Shown here: positions 17,814 to 23,172 of the stretch, piece by piece
How positions within the stretch are numbered: position 1 is the stretch's first letter
Layout of the letters: each line of letters starts with the position of its first letter
Assembly: GCA_032249135.1 (NCBI GenBank)
Contig: JAVVGL010000030.1
Coordinates: 1 to 23,172 of the forward strand
Direction: 5' to 3'
From: Candidatus Calescibacterium sp.
Lineage (GTDB): Bacteria; Calescibacteriota; Calescibacteriia; Calescibacteriales; Calescibacteriaceae
Length of the DNA stretch: 23,172 nucleotides
Notes under the pieces: model-generated
What the model was told of the DNA's origin: nothing
The model's input: the letters and a program-made list of their open reading frames with translations, nothing else
The model's database searches: none
Translations under genes and position numbers: made by a program

Positions 17814-19166
17814 TCAAATCTGCTGCAAATCTTGAATAATTAATTGCTTAATTTTATCTATGCTTTGATCACGGATTTTTATATATATCTCATCTTTCTT
17901 TCCATTGCAAATATCTTTTTTCAACTCAATGGAATTATATTCAAAACCTGCATGAGCAAAAAAATTTCTTTTATCAATTTCGTCACGAAAACTACCAAAC
18001 TTGATTTTTGCGTAAATTTGATATTCTTCACTCAACTTATATTTTAACTCCGAAACTTCTTTTATCTCAACATCAATTCTATTGCATTCTATGGCGAGTT
18101 TTCCAAAAACTTTACCTTTCAGCTCCTCAATCTCAGATAAAGGAATTTCATAAGATTTTCTAAATCCAAGCTTCCCTAATACAGAACTGATAAGATAGGC
18201 TTTTGAAAAGTTTGCAAAACTTTCACGAAATTCAAGCTTTCTTAAAATTTGCACTTTCTCTCCTCTATCATCAATCTGAATATTTTTTTCAAATTCATCT
18301 GAAATCTTTTCAATTTTTGTTCTGAGATCTTCTGGATCTGGAATATAACTTAATAGCGCAACCGGTAAAGCAAAGTAAAATGAACCAAGAAATAACAAAA
18401 TTTCATCTCTGTATTCAGAATACTTTCTATTATTCCCAAAAATTTCTTTGAAAAAATCATTGATTTCTTTTCCTACCTTTTTCTTTTCTTTATCTTCTTC
18501 AAGCCCATTATAAGGCTCTATTGGTCTTCTATCATCTTTATATACGGAGATCTTTGGAAGAATCTTGGTTTCCTCAATAATATTTATATTCAGCAAATCC
18601 GCACCTTCTCTAACAAAAGGATCTGAGTTTAAAACTTTCAAATTTACACTATAAAAATAAGACAAGATTTCAAGAATTTCTCTTAAAGCTCTGTAAGTCA
18701 ATATTGTTATCCAATTTATTCCATGAGTTGCATCAAAAACCACTTCAATTTCATGACTTACTTCCAATTCAGCAAATAAAAAAGAAAACCCTTTAAAAAC
18801 ATCATAATAAAAATCTTTTGCATTCCCTAAAAACTTTGTTTTAATAAATTCACCAAATCCATAAGATATTATGACTTTATCTGGAACAAAACCCAACTCT
18901 TTTCGGCAGAAATCAGAAACTTTCCGTTGAATTTCAGTCTTTATGTATGAATAATTACTCAGCCAATTATGTGAATAATTATCAATACCATTTTTCAATA
19001 AAGTATCAGCTAATGTATCAAGGACAACAATAACTATTTTGTCAGATTTTTCAATTTCTTTTATAAGAGCTAACGGATCTTTTGATTTTTTTGTCTTCCC
19101 TGAGTAGGTATATTTTACCTCTCTCCACTCAAATGGATTACCCCAAGGAGCAATCAAAAGTTTCAT
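17814..19166 (-). CDS. csx1: CRISPR-associated CARF-HEPN ribonuclease Csx1 (450 aa)
   Basis: MKLLIAPWGNPFEW..V.Y, VLDTLA, CARF motif FDATHGINW, NSDP, HEPN R-x4-H motif RNFFAHAG. Start placed at ATG 19166, just after the cmr6 stop. Confidence 0.92.
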   Translation of the reverse strand: MKLLIAPWGNPFEWREVKYTYSGKTKKSKDPLALIKEIEKSDKIVIVVLDTLADTLLKNGIDNYSHNWLSNYSYIKTEIQRKVSDFCRKELGFVPDKVIISYGFGEFIKTKFLGNAKDFYYDVFKGFSFLFAELEVSHEIEVVFDATHGINWITILTYRALREILEILSYFYSVNLKVLNSDPFVREGADLLNINIIEETKILPKISVYKDDRRPIEPYNGLEEDKEKKKVGKEINDFFKEIFGNNRKYSEYRDEILLFLGSFYFALPVALLSYIPDPEDLRTKIEKISDEFEKNIQIDDRGEKVQILRKLEFRESFANFSKAYLISSVLGKLGFRKSYEIPLSEIEELKGKVFGKLAIECNRIDVEIKEVSELKYKLSEEYQIYAKIKFGSFRDEIDKRNFFAHAGFEYNSIELKKDICNGKKDEIYIKIRDQSIDKIKQLIIQDLQQI

Positions 19167-19173
19167 GGCAAAT

Positions 19174-20112
19174 CTAACTATCAAAAATTCCATAACCAAG
19201 CCTCGTTTTTGCCCCAACTCCAAATTCTTTTAAGGCTTTCTTAACCCAACCTCTAACAATTCCAGACAATTCAGAAGAATTACCTAACCAATTCTTTACA
19301 ATTTTCTTTACTTCCTCAGGGAAACCACCATTTCCTGAAATCTCCTTTGACCTGAACCTATCAAATAAAACATTGAAACAAAAAGTAATGCCTTTTTTAA
19401 CAGTTAAAAATATAATTGGATTTGGATTTTCCCAATCTCCTGGAACTTGATTTTTAGTATAATATCCTTGATAATGAGGTGTCATAACATCAAGCTCAAA
19501 AATTTGTTCGTTATTCTGAATTTCAGGAAAGGCGTCAAGAAAAACTAAAAGCCCCTTGAAATTTTGAGCTCCAAATAAGAGTTTATGTTTTAAAATATCT
19601 TCACTATCAGAACCTGAAAGTTCATCATCGTAAAGTTGTTTTTGAAGTTTTTCTATGTCTTTATCTGATTTTTTATTTTGGTTTTCAGCAATTTCCCAAA
19701 AGCTAACCATTCTAACTACACCCTTTAAAGCACTTGCGGGAATATAAGGAATTCCAAAAATGTGATGTAAAGTCAGAGAAGTTTCAAGAACATGCCCTGC
19801 TCCAAGACCTACAACAAGACGAGAGGAGGTTTTGAGTTTTAAGCATTTTTCTCTTTCATTTTTAAATATATTTTCATATCCACACTTTTCTAAATTCTCT
19901 ACTTGATTTTGTATCCTTTTCTTGAAATTTTCAATAACGTTTGGAGCTTCGTTTATAGAGTTTAAAAAGTCTCTTTTATTTTTGGTGTTTATTACAATAT
20001 CTGGTTTTATAAGCTTTTGCAAAGCAAGTGAAATGTTATCGCATTTTGAGTTATTTAATTTAGGTTGATTGCTAAGATAGAGGTAATTTATTAGATCATT
20101 CCAGCTTTTCAT
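19174..20112 (-). CDS. cmr6: Type III-B RAMP subunit Cmr6
   Basis: SRLVVGLGAGHVLETSLTLHHIFGIPYIPASALKG, FLDAFP, DVMTPHY, PNPIIFLTV, Gly loop GVGAKTRLGYG; SD GGGAGG. Confidence 0.95.
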   Translation of the reverse strand: MKSWNDLINYLYLSNQPKLNNSKCDNISLALQKLIKPDIVINTKNKRDFLNSINEAPNVIENFKKRIQNQVENLEKCGYENIFKNEREKCLKLKTSSRLVVGLGAGHVLETSLTLHHIFGIPYIPASALKGVVRMVSFWEIAENQNKKSDKDIEKLQKQLYDDELSGSDSEDILKHKLLFGAQNFKGLLVFLDAFPEIQNNEQIFELDVMTPHYQGYYTKNQVPGDWENPNPIIFLTVKKGITFCFNVLFDRFRSKEISGNGGFPEEVKKIVKNWLGNSSELSGIVRGWVKKALKEFGVGAKTRLGYGIFDS

Positions 20113-20238
20113 AAATAGTCCTCCCTACTTTACCCTCAATCTTAAATCTTTTTTGGTCTCCTCGAGCATTAGAATTTGAGAACTTCATATCCCTACCTCA
20201 CTTTTTATATATAAAAATTAAAGACTTTGCTATTTTCT

Positions 20239-20460
20239 TTAAAAGTTCTTTTGCTTCCACTTTTTTCTAATTCCATTTATAGCAAAAGCATATTTTATAT
20301 CATACTCTATATCTTCAAGGGGATCAAATTGAAATTTGTTCAAGGATTTAGCAAGCTTATATAACTCATCAAAAATTTTGAAATTCTTTTTATAATCAAC
20401 TTTTTCCTTTTTCAAAAGATCTCTTTCAAAACTCTCCCAAACTTTTTTATTCTTTATCAT
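20239..20460 (-). CDS. Small hypothetical protein (73 aa) inside the cmr operon
   Basis: ATG overlaps the cmr5 stop (ATGA). MIKNKKVWESFERDLLKKEK..NFKIFDELY..AKSL..DPLEDIEYDIKYA resembles, from memory, small helical proteins encoded just upstream of nucleotidyltransferase genes. Confidence 0.7.
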   Translation of the reverse strand: MIKNKKVWESFERDLLKKEKVDYKKNFKIFDELYKLAKSLNKFQFDPLEDIEYDIKYAFAINGIRKKWKQKNF

Positions 20461-21155
20461 TCCTTTATTTCAACCTCAACTATTCTTTTTAACCAATTAG
20501 CAATTGCTAAAACTTCCATAGTCGCAAGACGAAGTGTTTGAAAGTCAGTTTCTAATAAAAATTCAAGTAGAAGACTACCTTCTTTATTATTTTTCCAATC
20601 CAAATAAGGCTTAAAACCTGTAACTTCCAAAATTTCGCAAATATCAGTATAAATTTGACCTCTATCATCTCCTTTTGATTTATAAAAGGCAAGTGTAGGA
20701 ATTAAACCATTAGAAATAATCATTTGGGGCAATCTTTTAGCATGTGAGGAATAGTCAGAGGCATAGTCATATTTTGAAAAATCAAAAACAAAATTAGAAT
20801 AGATTTGTGAGATTTGATTTTTAACATTTCGGTTATTTAAATCTTTTCCTTCTTTAAAAAATTCAGATAATTCTCGTTTTGCATTATTTTCATTTTGATT
20901 CAAGGTCCGTAATATATTTCTTAATTGGTTATTGTTCCTTTCATTCATAAACCAAGAAACGAAATCCTTAAACATCTCCAACTTTATTCCATCATAGAAA
21001 CGATATTTATGGAAATCGTCAAAATTGTTAGATTTTAAGTTAAATTGATTTTTAACATCCTTTAATTCAAACCACTTTCCACCTTTTGCCAACTTCAACC
21101 TTTCAACACATTTTAGACAATAAAAAGCCCTTTCTTGTTCAAGTGTTTTTCTCAT
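20457..21155 (-). CDS. cmr5: Type III-B small subunit Cmr5, enlarged (232 aa) by an internal insertion
   Basis: Cmr5 N-terminal motif MRKTLEQERAFY, core YSSHAKRLPQMIISNGLIPTLAFYKSKG and C-terminal LRLATMEVLAIANWLKR; located after cmr4 with an ATGA overlap. Confidence 0.9.
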   Translation of the reverse strand: MRKTLEQERAFYCLKCVERLKLAKGGKWFELKDVKNQFNLKSNNFDDFHKYRFYDGIKLEMFKDFVSWFMNERNNNQLRNILRTLNQNENNAKRELSEFFKEGKDLNNRNVKNQISQIYSNFVFDFSKYDYASDYSSHAKRLPQMIISNGLIPTLAFYKSKGDDRGQIYTDICEILEVTGFKPYLDWKNNKEGSLLLEFLLETDFQTLRLATMEVLAIANWLKRIVEVEIKE

Positions 21156-22045
21156 GTTTGCCCTCCATTAAAAACTTTAACCCTTACAAAACCTTTTCCC
21201 GTTGTCTCATCTCCGCCAAGTTGAAGAATGGAATTATCAGAAAGTAAAGAATTTATTTCTGAAAATACTTTTTGAGCATCCATATTGGAACCTGGCTTAA
21301 ATGAATCTTTGAAAAATAAAATTGAATAAAAAACACTTTCAGAAGGAATTAATTCCTCTGAAAATAAAGCCCCTTCTTTAACAGTTCCTTTTGTCTGGTC
21401 TATTCTTATTCTTGTTCTTATTTCAACTGCATAATTTACAAAATCTTTGAAAACATTATCAGAGACAATAGCAAGATGATTTCTAAGATCTGTAGTTAAA
21501 TCATTTTGATGGACAAAATTTTTTAAGAAATCAGCCAATTCTTTGACTTCATTTTTAACTTCGGCTTTAAAAACAAACTCTTCAAGAGCAACTTGATTAT
21601 TATCTATCCTCAAAGCACTGCTATTTGAAACTAAAACTTTTTTATCATCTGAAACATCAAAAATTTGAACACTTAAGTTAATTCCAACTGCCTTTAAATC
21701 CTCTTTAAATCTCCTCAAAACAAATGGACAGGTAATCCACGCAAAAACTCCTTTTACAGACCTAACAGGATAAAGCAAAATTTTAGCATCAGTTATACTT
21801 ATACAACTTGCAAAATCTGAGCCACCATCTTCTGGACCAAAAATTGTCTCAACTTTATCTTTATCATTCCACACTCTTGAAGCTAAATCTCTTATTACTC
21901 CTTTTATTCCGCTTGACCAAAGAACTGGGAAAGAAGTATGTCTTTCTCTTTGAATAGGTAAATCTACATATGAGACGCTTTGACCCGAACCCATATGTAT
22001 AGGAGTTTCTGCATAGAATGTCAAAACTGCACTTTTCTTATACAT
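21152..22045 (-). CDS. cmr4: Type III-B backbone RNase subunit Cmr4
   Basis: AETPIHMGSG, VDLPIQRERHT (catalytic Asp), SSGIKG, DAKILLYPVRS, WITCP, TRIRID, GALFSEE, QLGGDETTGKG. Confidence 0.96.
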   Translation of the reverse strand: MYKKSAVLTFYAETPIHMGSGQSVSYVDLPIQRERHTSFPVLWSSGIKGVIRDLASRVWNDKDKVETIFGPEDGGSDFASCISITDAKILLYPVRSVKGVFAWITCPFVLRRFKEDLKAVGINLSVQIFDVSDDKKVLVSNSSALRIDNNQVALEEFVFKAEVKNEVKELADFLKNFVHQNDLTTDLRNHLAIVSDNVFKDFVNYAVEIRTRIRIDQTKGTVKEGALFSEELIPSESVFYSILFFKDSFKPGSNMDAQKVFSEINSLLSDNSILQLGGDETTGKGFVRVKVFNGGQT

Positions 22046-22047
22046 TT

Positions 22048-23172
22048 TTATTGCCCTCCCTCCTTTTTAATTAAGACTAAATTAGTTCCTATAAATTCTT
22101 GTTTCCCTTTCGGCTCATTAAAATAATAATCATTTTGACTTTCATTTTTACAAAGAAAATTTGGATTATTTATTATTATTGTTTTATCAATTTGACTTTC
22201 AAGCCAAAGAACTGTTCCGGGAGCAAAAGCTCTTTTTGTCTTTCTTCCCAACTTTGCAGAATTTATTCCAATAATCTCATAACTCCCAAAGCAAGCAGAA
22301 TATATTTCAAAACCATTTATTTGAGGAAGCTTTCCCACATCAAAAACTCCATAAGTCAAAAACAAAACTAAAATTCTATCTTTTCTCTTTAATTCAATTT
22401 TCTCTGGAACTTTTAGCTCATTTCTAATCCATTCCTTAAAATCATTCTTTTGGATTTCATAACTTACATTTTTCATTTCACCTCCGAGCTTTAAAACTTT
22501 TGGCTCATTACTGAAAAATTCAAAGATTTTTTCTTCATCATCTAAACCACACTTTTTAAGTTCCCCATTAGAGAAATCAAATTCTACCCAAAACACAAAT
22601 TTTATATCTTCTTTTAATCTTAAAAACTCAATTCTATAAAGTGCATCCTCTCTACCACCGACTGAATAAAGAGAAGGCTCTACCTTAATTCCAATTCTTG
22701 GCTCATTCTCAAAAATATCTTTGTACTGCAAGATATCTTCTTTTTTTATTTCTTGATTATCTAACCATTTTTTAAGACCATCAGTAGAAATAAATCCTTC
22801 AAATTGCTCAACTTCTTCATCTCCCGAATAAACTGGGAGATTTTTGATTACGTTTGGTTTATTCGTATTATCAGATTTGAAAAGGTTTAATTTGCTCTCA
22901 TCAATAGGTTTTACAGTGAAAAATTTATCTTTCTCTTTTTTCTTTTTTTCTCCATATATATTTTGAGGTTTTGGAAAGTAGATTTTATCTCCTTTTGAGA
23001 TGAACGGACCATAAACAGATTTTAGAATTCCGGAAATATCTATATTTTTAAATTGATAGATTTTTGAGCATATAGCACTTGCAAAAGTATTGGGATGTGG
23101 TGGAAAAGCAGAAACAACAACATCGCCTCTATTGAAAGGTCTGCCCGAACCAAAAAACAAAACATCATAAGG
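22048..23172 (-). CDS. cmr3: Type III-B subunit Cmr3 (5' end lies beyond the window)
   Basis: Frame is open to the window edge: PYDVLFFGSGRPFN...FPPHPNTFASA, GPF, EPRIGI, LYRIEFLRL, LKLGGE, AFAPGTV. Confidence 0.92.
   Translation of the reverse strand, partial: PYDVLFFGSGRPFNRGDVVVSAFPPHPNTFASAICSKIYQFKNIDISGILKSVYGPFISKGDKIYFPKPQNIYGEKKKKEKDKFFTVKPIDESKLNLFKSDNTNKPNVIKNLPVYSGDEEVEQFEGFISTDGLKKWLDNQEIKKEDILQYKDIFENEPRIGIKVEPSLYSVGGREDALYRIEFLRLKEDIKFVFWVEFDFSNGELKKCGLDDEEKIFEFFSNEPKVLKLGGEMKNVSYEIQKNDFKEWIRNELKVPEKIELKRKDRILVLFLTYGVFDVGKLPQINGFEIYSACFGSYEIIGINSAKLGRKTKRAFAPGTVLWLESQIDKTIIINNPNFLCKNESQNDYYFNEPKGKQEFIGTNLVLIKKEGGQ

Noticed and set aside
20766-21120. Cmr5 insertion as a mini-intein
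   Set aside because: No C-terminal His-Asn followed by Cys/Ser/Thr and no recognisable intein blocks.
1212-22371. Short overlapping ORFs in the track (e.g. 1212-1400, 1538-1897, 2822-3151, 3510-3899, 8179-8538, 10947-11282, 12897-13193, 14369-14641, 16229-16456, 22099-22371)
   Set aside because: Antisense or off-frame shadows of well-supported genes in a strand-biased genome; no motifs or SDs.

Overview
AT-rich window with strongly purine-biased coding strands, from a diderm bacterium (beta-barrel, lipoprotein and TolA/TonB genes). The Lys/Glu-rich proteins suggest a thermophile, which is inference. The left two-thirds hold housekeeping and metabolic genes: an outer-membrane porin-like gene with a tetranucleotide repeat in its signal peptide, a small membrane-protein gene plus a decayed tandem copy, crotonyl-CoA carboxylase/reductase (ccrA) with an overlapping unknown gene, a TolA/TonB-like gene, a PMI-type cupin, two lipoproteins, a METTL5-like methyltransferase, etfBA, a GT4 glycosyltransferase, dprA, a SAM methyltransferase, a frameshifted heme o synthase, a frameshifted DUF2281-like gene and a rhodanese-fused thiI. 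The right third (15133-23172) is a type III-B CRISPR-Cas effector operon on the minus strand: cmr3-cmr4-cmr5-[73-aa ORF + remnants]-cmr6-csx1-cas10/cmr2. No CRISPR array, cas1/cas2, cas6 or cmr1 lies inside the window. The most unusual points are a Cmr5 with a ~105-110-aa unknown insertion, a non-cas gene coupled inside the cmr operon, a probable phase-variation repeat in the porin, and a Ccr that keeps a four-Cys structural zinc motif. All family calls come from motif recognition, not database searches.
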